DNA from: Camelus dromedarius | Taxonomy: Eukaryota | Length of the DNA stretch: 64,000 bases | NCBI RefSeq assembly: GCF_036321535.1 | Contig: NC_087436.1 | Coordinates: forward strand, 92,566,001 to 92,630,000 | Reading direction: 5' to 3' | Part shown: positions 26,126 through 39,582 of the stretch, in pieces | Position numbering within the stretch: the first letter of the stretch is position 1 | How the letters are laid out: each line of letters starts with the position of its first letter | Position numbers and translations under genes: made by a program | The notes under the pieces: generated by a model | Told to the model about the DNA's origin: nothing | Databases searched by the model: none | The model's input: the letters and a program-made list of their open reading frames with translations, nothing else

Positions 26126-26672
26126 TGACGAGGAAGTAATTTCCTTCTACCTATCTAGGTTCCTCTTGCTGGTCTAAGAATTAAACTGACGTGAAACAGA
26201 TAAACAGGAGAAAATCAAGCAAAAGTTTAATAACACGTACACAATGGATAGACCCAGGAAAACTGAGTAACTCACCAAAATGGTCTAAGCCTTCCCCTCA
26301 AACACCATCTTCAACTGAAGACAAAAGAGGGGTTTGGGATAGTGGTTTGGGACCTCAAAGGGGAAGAAGGCAAGTAACATGGAGATGGGAAAGCAACTGT
26401 TTAGCGAACAAATGTTTTCTGGACCCGGACAGTTATAGGACACAGAGGATTCTAGTAAACAGACTTCACTGGGTTCCTCGCTGTCTACCGCACCCAATTC
26501 CAACTGTGGTTGCATAGATGAGAGGGCCTTCCTGGAGCAGGACCTCTATTTACACTCTTTTAGGCAGTTGGGGAAAAGTCACAAGTTCTTCCTGAGTCTT
26601 TGGGTATTAAAAATAATCAGCCTAAATCAATCCTCACGCCACAATTTGGGGTGGCAAATTTTGCTCCCTACA
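26126..26672 (-). mobile_element. Solo ERV1-type LTR
   Basis: Bounded by TG...CA, ending ggggtggcaaattttgctccctaca as in reverse-oriented ERV1 LTRs. No clear TSD found. Confidence 0.6.
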
Positions 26673-27137
26673 CTGTCCACTGCCCTAGTTTGGGAAGTGT
26701 CACCCTTAACTTCAGTCAAGAGCTGTTTAGAGAGAGAAGTAGAAACACCCACTCCTCAACAGGTGCCAGAGGAGCACCCCCCAGCCCCCTACATGCTTCT
26801 AGAAGGAGCTGGACGAAAGCTGGTTGGCTGCACAACAGCCTGAGGTGCTCATCTTTCAGGGTGCTAAAATATCAGAGAGAAAAATTAAAAAATAGTCTGC
26901 CAAATAACTCAGGACTTCACACATAAAAGAGAAATCTAAATGTATCCTCTTCCTCAGAAGCAGATCGTGTTCTGGGGTAGATATAAATATTGAAGAAGCA
27001 CCTGAAGCATTTCCAGACGCTTAACCCATCACCCACCTGGTGCAGGCTGACCCTCGTCCTAGACCCCTAAGAGACAGAGGCAAGCCCCTAGCTCCCAGGG
27101 TCTCCCCAGCTCTCCTGGTGTTGCCTATTCAAGAGTC

Positions 27138-27385
27138 TATATGGTGTAGCAGTGAAGAGCGCAGACATCGGGATCCACACCACCTGAGCTGAGAGCCCAG
27201 CTCTGCCACTTACTAGCTGTGTGGCCTTGGGCAAGTTCCTTGGCCTCTCTGAGCTTCAGTTTTCTTCTAAGAGTACCTACCTAATATGCTTATTGTAAGA
27301 GTTAAATGAATCCATATATGTCAAACACTTAGAATGTGCCTGGCATACAAAAATGCTGCCTGAGTGTTAATTACTATTATTGTTA
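27138..27385 (+). mobile_element. Near full-length MIR
   Basis: cccagctctgccacttactagctgtgtggccttgggcaagtt core; gtgcctggcatac...tattattgttat tail. Confidence 0.85.
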
Positions 27386-27996
27386 TCTCCACCCCCAGGC
27401 TAAAACAGCACCAGGAAAAAGCATCCATTTAGAAAGGAAGTGTTTAAAGATATTTTATGTGCTTCCTATATTTAGTTGATTTTTATTCAAGTTGGCATTT
27501 TTCCAGTACCTGCTCTCAATGATTTTATAATCTTATGCATTCATTTTAAAAATGGAGAACAAAAAGCATACTATAAGCTGGTGCAGAAATGGTGCAAAAA
27601 ACAGGAGAAGAAAAAAAGGTGTATTGTGTTCACAGGGTCAGAGTGATGTGACTCCTAGTGTTATACTAATGACATAGATGAAATTCTAAGTTTCATTGGA
27701 AATCATCTCAGAGGAATATTTCACGACATGGAAGAATGCTCATATTTATGGTTTAGAGGAGTAACAAGTTATGAAACAGAAGATACAGTGAGAGGCAATC
27801 GGAGTTTTAAAGTGTACAGAAATGGATGAAGAAAGACTGGATGGAAAATGTCAAAATGCTTATAGCATTATTTCTTGTTGATACTTGTTTTCCAATATTG
27901 TTTTAAATTGGCATGACACACTTGACTTCTAAACCGAGGGGAAATAGGATCAATAAATATATTACTCTTTTTAAAGGGGATATTAGAGATACCCTA

Positions 27997-28175
27997 CTAC
28001 AGTGGTTCTCAGCTTGGACAGTATTATTCCCCTACCCCATCCCAGGACACTGGGAAATGTGGGTGGGGCTTATCATATTGACTGGGATCCCTACTGGCAT
28101 TAGGGTATGAAAGTCCTTCACAGCAAAGGATTACAAAGGATTATCTCGCCCAAAATGCCAAGGCACAAAGTTGCA
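27997..28175. mobile_element. MER20-like hAT MITE
   Basis: cagtggttctcagc...ctactggcatt...attatctcgcccaaaatgcca. Confidence 0.55.
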
Positions 28176-28361
28176 TCTAACTCATCTATCCTATAATCAA
28201 GCATGTTGAAGTCCAAAGAAATGAGGTGCCCAAGATAACTCAGCAAGTTAGTTCTAAGTCAGAACTAGAGTCTAGCTCTTCTGGTTCCCAATTCAGAGCT
28301 TCTTCCACTTTCCTACTTCATGGAAAAGGCAGGATTTGAGATGGGTTAGAAGAATGAGCAG

Positions 28362-29258
28362 CGTAGGATGCAGGATAGCGGCCACCCAAAGATATCAGGT
28401 CCTAATCTCTGGAAACTACATATGTTGTAAGTGTGAAATTGAATAAAGGAAACCTCATTGAAAATGAAGCTGGGAGGCTGGGAGGAGAAGCCCTCACAGG
28501 CTACCACTCAATGTCAATTACAGACCCCAGCGGGAAGAGAGGAACCTGTCATTCCCAGTGGGAAGCTTACTTCCCAAGCAGGAGGAAGGAAGATTCTTTG
28601 CTTGCCCAGCGACAGCTGCTCCAGGAGAGATTGTCACAACTCAGCCAATGAAAAGCCACTACACTTTGAACTCCTAGTTTCCTCCAATGAACCATTTATA
28701 ACAGCCCCTCCCAACTTCCCCCTTTCCCCTATAAAAGAATGGTCCTCTCCTTTATCTCTCCAGACTCGCCTGTAGTTTTTGCTATAGAATACTTGTGCAG
28801 AACTGCAACTCTCTGCTATTCCCAAATAAACCCATTTTTGCTGGTAAAATAACTGGTAAGAAAACTGGCTGTTTTATTTTTAAGGTCAACATAAGGATAG
28901 TCTTTGCAGATGTGATTAAATTACAGATCTTAACGTGGGGAGGTTATTCTGGATTATCTGGGTGAGCGCAAATCCATTCACAAGTGTCCTTATAAAAGAG
29001 AGGCAGCATGACCCCGGGGGCAGAGGTTGGACTGATAAATGGCCACAAGTCAAGAATGACCAGCAGCCACCAGAAGCTGAAAACGTAAGGAATGGATTCT
29101 CCCCCAGAGCCTTCAAAGGGAGCACAGCCGTGCTGACACCTTGATCCGGCCTCATGAAACTGATTTCTGGCCTCCAGAACTTGGAGAGAATACATTTTTG
29201 CTGTTTGAAGCCACCAGGTTTGTAGTAATTTGTTATAGTAGCGTCAGGACACTAATGT
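28362..29258 (+). mobile_element. MLT1C-like MaLR LTR split by a nested LTR
   Basis: 5' part ggccacccaaagatatcaggtcctaatc up to 28431; resumes at 28892 with gtctttgcagatgtgattaa and ends gtaatttgttatagtagc...actaat. Confidence 0.8.
28432..28891 (+). mobile_element. Solo ERV1-type LTR (460 bp)
   Basis: TG...CA termini; 4-bp TSD TAAG (28428-28431 / 28892-28895); CCAAT at 28645 and 28684; TATAAAA at 28730; AATAAA at 28825. Confidence 0.85.
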
Positions 29259-30379
29259 GGGTAGGACTTGACAACACCCCAGGAGGCACATGGTGAGATG
29301 GAAATGGGATCTGAAGAGACATCACGAGCAAAGAAACCAGGGTGGGAATGACTGCCCTCAGAGAAAAGACCAGTTAACTGCCGAAACTGCTGTCCGTGGG
29401 GTGCAGTAGAAGACACAGTCTTCCAAGTGCCTCTTAATTCCTCAGCATTTGTAAAGGCTAACAAATGCAGGGCACTTAATTTAAAACTACTAGAAAGCTT
29501 GATGCAATATGCTGGTTTCTATTGCCTTCTTATATTTGCTTTCTGTGAAACATAAACAAACTACACAAACTAAATACGTAAAACATAACAAGTTGAAATC
29601 TTATGTATACATTTCTTCTCCACTGAAAGGCAATTTACATAAAACGCAAACATAAACAACATCTGTGTATATCTCCAGTAATATATTAAGTGACAATGAT
29701 GTTCTCTTTAACCAAAAATGTACTTATGCATTCAAAATTACCATTTACATAGAATTTGGGAGAAAATACACATTTTTTTTCCCATGGAAATTACCCTAAT
29801 GTGTCTTAAAATGTGTAAACATAACCTAGATACATCAGAGTGGTATTTGTGAAATATCACACATGTTCAGAGCTTACCCAAGTAATTATGTTTTACAGCT
29901 TTTAAAATGGTGTGTATCTCTGAACGAACACACACACAGTTCACAGTTAAGATTTGAATATAATGATTTTATGGTTCTTTCTCTGGACAATTAAGACACT
30001 GAGAATTTTAATCAACTTTTTGAAGAATAAAACTTGCATCTTCTGGTGGTGGAAAAGTGGTACAGGTTTTATTACACACCATTTGAATCCCAGGGACTGA
30101 ACAGTTGACTCATTCATGTTCTTGAGGTGTGCCTACAAGAATAGGGAAGCAATGGGCTCAGAGCCACCAGTCCCACCATTCACAAAGCCACCTTCCTAGA
30201 ATGAAAACCCTCAATTATAGACAGTGTCGAGACTTGAGGGTGAGGGTTTTCCTTACCTTTACTTTCTCCTCTTGTTTAAAATTGATTTTCTCCATTCTCT
30301 TCCACCTCCCCATCTCCTATCCAGTCCTTGTGATTCATCGATATTTTGTATTGTCCAAAGACTGTCGTGGTAGAGTCAG

Positions 30380-30545
30380 GGTGATGTAATGATTAAGCTC
30401 ATGGGCTCTGAAGCCACGTGGACCTATGTCTAGTTACTGGCCTCCACACTTAGCAGTGTGACCTTTGGCAGATTACCCACCATGTTGAAGCCTCAGTTTC
30501 CTCATCTGTAAAATGGGAAGGGCCATTTTACTGTGTTGTTATGAG
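30380..30545 (+). mobile_element. MIR
   Basis: gtgtgacctttggcagattac...gcctcagtttcctcatctgtaaaatggg. Confidence 0.8.
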
Positions 30546-30904
30546 AGATGAATGAGTCCTGAGTACAATATCAGTATATAGTATGAAGGAAGATTCCTAG
30601 TGCAGCCCATCTCCTCCCTGTGTTCCCAAGAACCTGAACTCCATACAGAATGAGCTGAGAAGCTCACAAATTGCATTGCGTGCAAAGATCTCAGGGCACG
30701 ACCGGAACGCCCCTGTTCCCTCTGTATTAGATACATGCAAACCTTTCTTGCGACTGTTTAGCTATGTATGCATCCATGGTCCTCAGGAACACCTCCAACT
30801 TTCTGTATTTCAGACCTCAAGGGGCAAGAGTTGGGGTGGCGTAAGTGCAGACAAATCACCCATCTGCTGCATGGGGACCACTCGATTCAGAGGCTATTCG
30901 TGAA

Positions 30905-31080
30905 CTACATCATATTTAGTGGCATCGATTGTAAGAAATGTCATTGTTTTGGTACCAATAAGAAAGTAAAAACACCTTCAATTAAATTGTGACGTGTCAT
31001 GATTGTAAGATACATTCTGACTTCAGAGATATTAAATGTAAAAATAAGGTGCAGCCTAGAATCCATGAAATATAATATTA
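30905..31080. mobile_element. Tigger-type MITE remnant
   Basis: Inverted ends catcgattgtaaga / ctagaatccatgaaat, with internal cagagatattaaatgt. Confidence 0.45.
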
Positions 31081-32989
31081 TAAAGAAAATGGATGTGTGC
31101 ATAAAAAGGTCCTTGTGCCTTCTCTGATTAGATGGGGAAAATACTTTTGTATAGATGCTGAAATGAATTTAAATATCAGTATGCATGAGCTTATGAGTGA
31201 CATCCAATTCTTAAATCTCCTCTAAATTATCCCTACATAGTCACTTTCCACTGTCACATACATACTTCCCACTGTCACAAATTTGTCTTACAAATTTCCA
31301 TTTGGTATCTAACTCTTGGTGCCAACAACATTTAACTTCCATTTGGACACCTTTTATTTAAAAATATCTCCATTATTTCTCTCTTGCTTTCCTATCTATA
31401 CCTTCCTCCTATTTCAAAGTAGTCAAAGACCAGAATCTCATTTTTTAAAAAATCCTTGCAGTAAAGATGAGTTATCAGATGCTCAGTTTGCCTTTTAATG
31501 TTGGAATTCTGTGTACATGGTTATTAATTCCAGGGCTCCAGCCTTAGTTTGAGCCCCCAAACAGAGTGAACAAGGTCCCCTATCTTCTCTTCTCTTTTCC
31601 CAAAGGGGTCCCTGGCAGCTTCTCTTGGGGCTGCTTCTTCTCAAAGGCGCCCCTTCATTAACAGGCGCTTTTCTGGGCAGTGGCTTTGCCTGTGATTAAT
31701 CATCATGAACCCAAGTTGGACCTTTGGCTTTCTGGCTCTTAGCTGAGTAGCCAANNNNNNNNNNNNNNNNNNNNNNNNNNNNNNNNNNNNNNNNNNNNNN
31801 NNNNNNNNNNNNNNNNNNNNNNNNNNNNNNNNNNNNNNNNNNNNNNNNNNNNNNNNNNNNNNNNNNNNNNNNNNNNNNNNNNNNNNNNNNNNNNTATGTT
31901 CCCTTTTTTGGCACTGTCTTGATCATTCTGATGCTTTCCCGGATCTGGAAAAAGATTTTAATTGTTTACGGTCTTGATTAATGGGTTTGCTGTTGCTTGG
32001 ATAGTCCATCATTTATAACGATAAGAAGCCAAAAAACAAATGGGCATGTTATATTGCTCTTCTGGGATATTTTGGTCAATCCGTTTTAAGGAGTTACTGT
32101 TTTCCTTCCTCCTCTATTACTATTAACTTACTAATAATTTCATTATAATTGAACTTTAAACTATCACTATTTCTAACTCCTTTCTCCCAACGGCATTTAT
32201 TAGGCTGTAGAATTTCTTACTGTTGTTTCAACAGAGCCTTTTCTCAGAGCCTCCTGGCTGTCTGTCTGAAGTTAGCCGCTCACTCAGACAGTTTGCTGTC
32301 AGTTTGCTTGCAAACGCTGGACGTTCTTATCACTTCTTTAGCATCTATCACGAAGCTCAGTGAAATTGGATTCTTACTTGTTATCAAACAAATGGATCCC
32401 TTATACTCTATAACTGCTCTTTGGTTAATTACCCCGTATGGCCAAGTAAGGAATCCTCATTTGAAGTGGAAGCCCAAGTTCCTTTCTACTAACGAGTTTA
32501 CACTGCACCCTCCACCTACCATCTCAGCTCTAGGTCACGGGAGAGGCTCCCCTTGACATCCAGCTATTATTTATGAAGCTTGTGGCTGTTGTGAATTAAT
32601 ACATTGTTAGCCGAAGCTAGCTGTCCTCTGCTTTCCAAATACTTGGCTTAGATGGAAATATGTTTTCTCTGCAGGAATTCTCTGTAGCTGCTTTCTTTAT
32701 TTCCGAAGGGAAAAGAATGAAAAGAGAAAAAATACAGAGTATTTGAGAGAGGTGACGGTGTCTGATTTTTTTTCAATTTTTAAAATGATTTTTGCGTATC
32801 TAGTTTCATATGACATTTTTTTGACAATGACCCTAAAGAGCCAAAGTTGCTTTCAGATATTTTGGTGCCTTAAATCAACAAAGCTCTGCCCCCACAGTTT
32901 ATTCATGTCTGTCTTGTTTCAGCTGTCTTTACATATTTTCTGTTGGATGTTAATCGAACTTTTACACATGGTAGAAAGCATTTCTCTCT

Positions 32990-33560
32990 AAGTCCGCTGA
33001 TGATGTCCTTTCGAGAGAAATTCTAGGTCTCATCCCCAGCCTCGTTCTTTTCGACCTCTCTACTGCGATTGACATTACTGACCCTTGAAACCCTTCCCGC
33101 CTTTGGTTTGAGTGACCCTACAAAGCCCTCGCCCTCCCTACCCTCTTCAATCGTTCTTTCTCTGTGTTCCCCACAGACCTCACTAAATCCTCCCACCTTC
33201 TGACACTAGACACCCAAGGGCCTGTCGTTAGCCGTTCGCTCCTCTGTCCCTACACTTCCCCCTCCGGAATGCATAGCCTCTTACAGCTTGACCACCACCG
33301 CTGCACTAGTGGTTCCATTATCACTAAATTCAGTTCTCTTACCTGAGACCTGATTCATGTTTCTGTCTAGAGAATTTCCTCTTGGATATCCTGTTATTAT
33401 CCCACATTCACTTGCTCATTTGTTTAACCAACATTTATTATGTATCTATGATGTGCCGAGTATGTGCAAGGCCCTGAAATCCAGTGATGAGTACCATTCC
33501 AAGGCCAGACCTGATAGCTCACTAGAACTTAAGGTAAGAATTGTATCATTTTTTTTATAA
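32990..33560. mobile_element. L2 remnants
   Basis: tcgacctctctactgcgattgacattactgacc; cattcacttgctcatttgtttaaccaacatttattatgtatctatgatgtgcc. Confidence 0.55.
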
Positions 33561-33699
33561 ATCAAAACAAAACGAAAATCATGCTGCTCTTCCTGTCCCC
33601 TAGATCTGCTCTGCTTCTCTTTTCCAAGTCTCTGTTTATAATCAGCCCTTCATTCCTCCATCATCCAGGCTGTAATTCTTGGCCATGGTCTTCGTACAT

Positions 33700-33980
33700 T
33701 AGATCTCTTCTGTAATAATCTATGTAACAAATATCCTCAAATTTCAGCAACTTAGAAGCATTTATTTCATGGTTATAGGTCTGCCGGTGAGTCACAGTGC
33801 AGCTGACCTCTGACCTCTGGCTGGCTAGTTTGGGCGGGGCTTCAGGTTTAGGTCTGCTCTGTTGACCTGCTCTCCTGGACCAGAGCAAAGGAGTGACGGC
33901 TGCCTGGGGCGTGCTCTTCTCAAAGCAGAGGATGGAAGTTTCAGGAGTGTGGGTAGAAACTTGCCAAACCTCTTTTCCCC
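33700..33980 (-). mobile_element. Old MLT1 (H/I/J-like) LTR
   Basis: atgtaacaaatatcctcaaatttcagcaacttagaagcatttatt...tcaggtttaggtctgctc. Confidence 0.55.
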
Positions 33981-33986
33981 ACCTCT

Positions 33987-34213
33987 GTGTTGAGATATAA
34001 TTGACATATAACACTGTGTAAGTCTTAGGTGTACAGCATTGACTTGGTACAGTTGTATGTTCTGAAATGATTACCACCGCAGTATTAAGTAACGCTTCCA
34101 TCACCTCACATAATTACCATTTCTTTTTTGAGGTGAGAATATTTAAGGTCTACTCTCTTAGCCGTGCAAGTACGTAGCAGAGTATTGTTAACTGTAATTA
34201 CTGTGCCGTACAG
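33987..34213 (-). mobile_element. L1MA/MB-type 3' end
   Basis: ttgagatataattgacatataacactgtgtaag...catcacctcacataattacc...tttaaggtctactctcttagc. Confidence 0.8.
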
Positions 34214-36375
34214 TGCTGCTGTCCTCACTGTGGTCGGTGGACGTTGGGGGCTATTGTTGCGGGAGTGCCCAAGGAAGGTCAGGCAGAATGCCTTCCTGGG
34301 ATTATAAAATGGGTACTGAAAGAGTAAAGTTTCCTCCCACTGGAGCTTCTGAGCTAAAAGGGCCAAAGGAAGGAGGAGAGAAGAAGGCCAGTCCCTAGAA
34401 GGAAGCAGCAAATCGGCCTCACAACAGGCCCCAGCCTCTGGCTCCAGGCATCGGCGTGTGACCCAGTGCCACCCAGTGATGGTAGGGCTGGAACGCCTAG
34501 TCCCTCAGCAAACGGAAGTTACCTTCCTGTGAGACGCTCAGGCAAAACACAAAACCCAGAAGATGGTGGAAGGGTTCTCAGCTCTTCCCCTTGGGTCTAA
34601 CCTTGTGTCTCCTCTCTGGCTTCCCCCTCTGTCACCCTTTCTCCAGAGCCCCTTAGGTCTTTGTGCCTATCCTCCTGCTTCTCTGGCCTTGTTGCTGTCA
34701 CCTCACTTCTTGCTCTGGCTTCCATCTGTGTTTCCCTGGGGGAGCTGGAGCAGGCAGCGCCAGAGCCTGCCTGTGCTTCTGCGGGAAGAATGAAGGGAAA
34801 AGCCCCCTCTTGGTCAGGCTTCAGAATGAACCATCTCCAGACAAACCTAAGGAGACAGATATAAATTTCACTCAACAGCACATTATTTTAATAAACCAAA
34901 TTAAATCTGACTCCCAGACCACATGTTCTGAGGTGGTGAGAAATTTAATTAGAACAGCTTAATTAAAACAGTGGAAGACAATACAGTCTAAGTTGGCAGC
35001 TTTTTTGAGAATTTGGCTTGATTTGAGGGCATTAGGAAATTCTCAAGGTGATCTTGAAATGTATAGGGTGACTGGACTCTGATGGCAAGCCAGACTCCAG
35101 CTCATTGCTGGTGAAAAGGTACATAAAGACAGGACTTGGGGAAGCCCTGATTCTTACACTGCTCGCACTGCTCCATCCTGAGCCCCACCATCTCTTGTCA
35201 CAACCACAGTGGAGGCTGATTGGGGAAAGGGACAGTTTGTGATTTCCCTCCTGTATATGCTTCTGGTTGGTGAGCAGCTGATAGCGGATTAGACTAGAAG
35301 AGGAAAGAGCTATTCTCCTTTCCTCCTGATCGTTGGTGAAATTCTCCCCTCCCCTGCTTGGGCCTCCCACTTGGCCCTGGCAATCTGAGCTCACAATCTC
35401 CAATGAAGACCCTGCTGTTTGTTTACAGATTCAACAGGTCATGTGATTGACGTCCTGCCCCTGTCAGGGTGAAGAGGTACCCTTTTCCTCATAGCTATTC
35501 TTTTCTTCTACTGTTGTAATTGATTTGAAAACTCCTCTCTAAACTTACGCGCCTATGAATCATCAGACTGTCCCACACAGGATCTTCTCAGGACTCCGTC
35601 TGGGGGGCTTTATGTGATAAGAGCTCCTCCCAGCCTCGGTTCCATGGAAAACAATTTTGTTGCTGGGATTTTGGTGGAAGCTGATGTGAAATATAATTCT
35701 ACATTTGGAGGGAGGAAAAACAAAATCTAAGTAGATTAAGAGCTCATCATTATAATTTACTTTGGCTTTTTAGTTTGAATATTTTAGCTGCTTAATTTAC
35801 AAACTGACCTTTAAGAAAAAAAAAAAAAAGAATTGCAACTTTGATTCTCCCCTTAAAGGGTTGTGCTTTATGATTTCTTCTAAGACAGAGAAGCTATATG
35901 CCCCTCCAACTATTTCCCACTATTCTTTCCTGCCTCTGTCCTCATCTCCAATTTTCTTTTCATCCTTTATCTCCCCCTTTTTAAATGAAAAATCGTTAAA
36001 GGACCTGACATTGCAATTCTCTGCTTATTCCAAATGAGCTGGAGAAATTTCTGGCAGTCTGTTTGTTTTAGGGCAATAGCTGATTTATCTAAAGTCCAGG
36101 CGACAGTGAGAAATAATCCTTTCATTTATGAAGTCAGTTTACTAGTCCACGAAGAGCCCATCTTGGATGGGCATCTGAGAATGACCCTTTCTCTGGTCTT
36201 ACCCCACCTTCCTTTATTCTCCCACTGTCCTTTCCATCTTTTCTCCATCTCATTCCTTCCTTCAATGTCCATGCCTCACCTTAAAGAATGATATCCCACC
36301 TTTACCATGTGTTTCTGGAGAAGGCTTTTAGCTCTTAATATTTTTCAGAGTGGTAATACACAAGTAATCCAAATA

Positions 36376-36591
36376 TAGCTGGCCCTTGAACAACACGGGT
36401 CTTAACTTCATGGGTCCACTTACATGCAGAGTTTTGTCGATAAATAGGTACTACAGTAGTCTATGAACCAAGGCGGGTGGAATCTGTGGATGAGGAACCC
36501 CAGAGAAGGAGAGCCAACTGTAAAGTTACAGCAGATTTTTGATTGCTGAGTGTCAGCACCCCTAAACCCTCACATTGTTCAAGGTCAACTG
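36376..36591. mobile_element. MER8-like Tigger MITE
   Basis: TIRs (t)agctggcccttgaacaa / ttgttcaaggtcaactg, with TA at the left flank. Confidence 0.8.
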
Positions 36592-36599
36592 AAATACAA

Positions 36600-37220
36600 A
36601 ATATATTAGGGCTGGATCCAACGGCACACAACAAAAAACCCACATGGCCTAAACAAGACAGAGATTTCTCTCTCTCTCTCCTAAGGAGGTTGAAGAAGGG
36701 CTGTCAGGGCTGGTATGGGGGCGCCTCTTAACAGGGGCAGATGCTGTTTCAGTCTCTCTGCTCCTCTATCCTTAGTCACATCCATCTTCAAAGTCACCTT
36801 ATGGTGCACAATGGCTGCCAGACTTCTAGTTCCAGACAGATAGTAGAAGGAAGGGGGCAAAAACAAGGGTGTTTCTGCCAGTGGAGGCAGCCCCCTTTAA
36901 TGAGGTTTCCCAGAGCCTCGCCCAATGACTTCTGCTTTTATCACCTGAACCAACTCTACGGCAAGGATGATAAGGAATCTTACCTTTTAGCTGGGTACAT
37001 TGCTGCCCTGAGGTTCTACTAGTATGAAAAAAAAAAAAAGGGAGCGTGGAAATTGCACAACCCAGTGGCTCAGATCACATGTTGGAAACATCTGGAGGGC
37101 TTCTTATCACACAGACCGCTGTGTCCCCAGAGTTTCTGATTTAGAAGGCCTGGGGAGGGTGTGCCTTGCTAACAAGCTCCCAGGTGATGGTGAGGCTGCT
37201 GGTTTGGGGACCACATGAGG
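36600..37220. mobile_element. Old MLT1K-like LTR followed by a MER5A-like MITE (about 37065-37220)
   Basis: ggcctaaacaagacagagatt...cccaatgacttctgctt...gctgggtacattgctgcc; then gtccccagagtttctgatt...aacaagctcccaggtgatg. Confidence 0.55.
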
Positions 37221-38239
37221 GGAAGCTGAAGAACCACTAGCATTTTCTTCAAAGCAAGACATTTTTTCCCCCTAATATCGACCATTTATTTATTTTAACC
37301 TCAAGACATTAGTTTACCAACAAAGTCCCAGATTCTTTACCAAAGAGACACTTCCCTCCAGAGACAGATAAGGGAAAAAGGAAGTCAAGTCCTGCCACAA
37401 CGACCATGGCTGGAAATCTGCTGTTTCCCACCATTTGTAAACTAGACCAACTAAACCATGTGTGAAGCTGAGAAACAAAGTGAAAGGGACGGGGCTTTTG
37501 CGGTATCAATTATGGATGCTCAGCCGATGAAACAAGAGCTTTAAATAGAAGCTTAAAAAAAAAAATTGGCATGACGTCCTTGAGGATTAGGGAACTTCCT
37601 AAAGGTCACATAACTGGTCTTCCTTTGATATTGATGGTTCAGGGTAATTAAGTGGATTCATCCTTAAGCAGGGAGATGACATTGTGGACCAGCAGCTGAC
37701 AGGAGGAGGGAGGAAAGAGTCATGGGCCTATGGCCTTGCCAGCAATGCCCACCATCCTAACCCCCAGTATCTAGGGGGAGGGATAGATTCTCCTCGGGAT
37801 CAGGGACCCATACACTGAATACTCAGCCTGGTGATACTTCCTTCCTCTGCCCTCCCTTCTTCCTCTTGCTTTTTCTTAGCTGGTTTTTTTTTTTCAACAT
37901 ACTGAGTGAAGGAAGGAAAAGAAAAGATTTTTTGTCTGCGCCTCAGCATAAAGAAATAAAGATCTACAAATCCTTGGAGACTGGTAGGAAGAGTGGAGGA
38001 AAAAATTAAAGAAACCCAAGGGAGAAGTGAAAACTCGGGCCCAGACAGTCAGAGGCCACTTGTACAGAAGTGCTTGCCCCTTCCGGGGCTGTCTACCACA
38101 CAGGCTGTGTTTTTCTTACCATTTGGGGAATTTTTGAATTTTATTTTATTTTGTGATATCATCCCACCCAGACCATTCTCCTAGTGGGGTCTGACTTGAA
38201 CATAATACTCTGTGGTTCCAATGTTGGTTGTGTGCTTTG

Positions 38240-38243
38240 TGTG

Positions 38244-38275
<32 letters not shown>

Positions 38276-38276
38276 C
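38240..38276 (+). repeat. (TG)n microsatellite with one interruption
   Basis: Read directly from sequence. Confidence 0.95.
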
Positions 38277-39244
38277 ATTTCTTTAAAATTGTTCACTGTC
38301 AAAAGGAAGGTGATGTACGTTCATACATCTCAAGGGTTTGGGCCCCCAGAAGGCAATGACTATTACTTCTAAATTCTATATATTTGGAAAAGCTGTACAT
38401 GGAAAACAGAAACTCAAAGTTCACTTAAAACTCATTTTAATTGAGTTGCAGTGTCATTTAGACCTTGAATTTCTTCATTCACATAACTGGGGAGGCACTT
38501 CAAAGACAAGAAACCTACAGGGCTGACCAAGAGCTATAAGAGGGTAAAATGTTCACCATAGAACAGACCTTTGCTAGATCAACACTTTCACTCAGGACAG
38601 GGAAGCCGAGGTTTGAGGCTGGGAACTGAGTTGGCCCAAGGTCACCAGCAGTGACTTCCAGTGTGTGCACTTTGCTCTCCCCGCACAGCCATTCTTTTTC
38701 TACTCATACATCACTAACCAGTATTTTATGAGCCGTCATAAAGCTCTGAAACATCACAAATATTTTGGTAGCTGGAGTTGTCAGTTTTAATTAATTAAAA
38801 CAATTCTGACTTTGCAGCAGACATTGAACCAGAGGCTAGGTTAGACGGACAATAAACACAAGCACCACTTTCCCTGTCCATGGGGAGCCCCTAGTCCAGC
38901 ATGAGGGATACAATGTACCCAATAGCCAGCATACGGTGCAGACAGGGCCCATGCCACAGAAATGCAGGGAGAAATAGATGGGGGACTTCTGAGAATCGCT
39001 TCCTGATGGGAGGAAGTGTTCGTGGAGGAGGGGGCTTAGGGGCTGCCGTGGGAAGTAACAGGAGATGGGACCATGAACTAGAGCGTTGCAAGGAGGAGCC
39101 CACCACACGGGCGAACAGGACAGAGGCCAGCTCTGACAGAGAGGCATGAAGGACAACAGAGAACACAACATGCGAAGGGAATTAAAATGAAAGAAACACC
39201 CTTCCAGGGCATTGAGAAACAAATTCCTTAAAATACAGGCTCGT

Positions 39245-39582
39245 GTGTTCATTTGTTGCCTCCATAACAAAATGGTACAGACTGTGTGGCTTAAAATTCC
39301 CTTTCTCACAGTGTTGGAGGCTGGAAGGCCAAGGTGTGGGCAGGAAAGTGGTGTCTGCAGTCATTGTACTGATTTCTCCTGAGACCTCTCTCTTTGTCGT
39401 GTAGCTGGCCACCTCCTTGCTGTGTCCTCACTTGGCTTCTTCTCCATGCTCAGGCACCCCTGGTGTCTTTCATCATCTTATAAGGACACCAATCATATTG
39501 GATTAGGGCCCCACCCTTATGACCTCATAGTGTTAAGACTTCAACATGTGAATTTTTGGAGGACACAGTTCAGTCCATATCA
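39245..39582 (-). mobile_element. MLT1A-like MaLR LTR
   Basis: ccataacaaaatggtacagactgtgtggcttaaa...ttataaggacaccaatcatattggattagggcccc...ggacacagttcagtccatatca. Confidence 0.8.
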
